33,000 nucleotides of DNA, taken from positions 298,792,454 through 298,825,453 of the forward strand of contig NC_133619.1 in NCBI RefSeq assembly GCF_048593235.1, given 5' to 3'. The position numbers and the translations under genes were made by a program. Position 1 is the first letter of the stretch. The number at the start of each line of letters is the position of its first letter. The notes below the pieces were generated by a model. It saw nothing but the letters and a program-made list of their open reading frames with translations, did no database searches and was not told where the DNA came from. Below, in pieces: positions 32,600-33,000 of the stretch. Source of the DNA: Sminthopsis crassicaudata (Eukaryota).

Positions 32600-33000
32600 C
32601 TAGCAATCATAAATATGAATGTGAACATGATTAATTCATCATAAAACAGAAAAGGGTAGCAAAATAGATTTGAAATCAGAATTCAGCAATATGTTGCTTA
32701 AACTTAAGACTGAAAGATACACAAAGGTATAAAATAAGAGAGTAGAAAATCTATTATACTTCAACTAAGATAAAGAAAATAAAAGAAAACAGAATACTAA
32801 TCATGACTTCAAACAAAGCAACTGCAAAAAACTGATCTAATTAAAAAAGATAAGTAGGAAAAATATATTTTACTAAAGGGCACCATAGATAATGAATTAA
32901 TACCAAGCAATCTATTTAGCATCTAAATTCCTAAAGAAAAAATTAAATAAGTTATAAGAAAAGATAGTTAGAAAGACTACAATGAGAGACCTTAACTTAT
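32600..33000 (+). pseudogene. L1 ORF2 endonuclease domain remnant
   Basis: NMNVN (cf. TLNVNG), caatatgttgctta (ICCL), ctaaagggcaccatagataatgaa (LKGTIDNE), gagagaccttaac (GDLN). Confidence 0.85.

Larger units (their letters stand above)
30260..33000 (+). mobile_element. Old, heavily decayed LINE-1 retaining its 5' end (5'UTR, ORF1, spacer, start of ORF2); runs off the window
   Basis: gggcagagtcaagacgg resembles the L1 5' terminus ggccaagatgg; ORF1 and endonuclease remnants follow in order; A-rich sense strand. Confidence 0.85.

Noticed and set aside
1-33000. CRISPR arrays, prokaryotic operons, tRNA/rRNA genes
   Set aside because: None seen. The sequence is mammalian repeat-rich DNA, and the tRNA-like A/B boxes belong to SINE heads.

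Overview
AT-rich eukaryotic genomic DNA, inferred to be marsupial and probably dasyurid from the repeat content (WSINE1-, Mar1- and WALLSI-like SINEs, marsupial-type L1 3'UTRs and ORF1). Much of the window is decayed interspersed repeats (MIR/CORE-SINEs, L2, L1, L3/CR1) and microsatellites, with a 243-N assembly gap at 24337-24579. I recognise no intact host protein-coding gene, tRNA, rRNA or CRISPR array; most listed ORFs come from low-complexity or repeat sequence. Best-supported items: (i) a 5'-truncated minus-strand L1 (8181-9929) with a perfect 16-bp target-site duplication that also encloses a non-L1, tandemly duplicated hairpin tail; (ii) an orphan, frameshifted endogenous-retrovirus pol fragment (RNase H C-terminus to integrase core, ~19090-19900), overlapped by a different frame that stays open for 238 codons except one TGA; (iii) an L3/CR1 endonuclease fragment; (iv) an old L1 with 5'UTR, ORF1 and ORF2 start running off the right edge. 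More speculative items are several minus-strand exon-like units, an unidentified coding-like segment at 12.6-13.7 kb, and candidate regulatory modules. No new biological system is demonstrated. Repeat family names are from recalled consensus sequences, and repeat boundaries are approximate (tens of bp).
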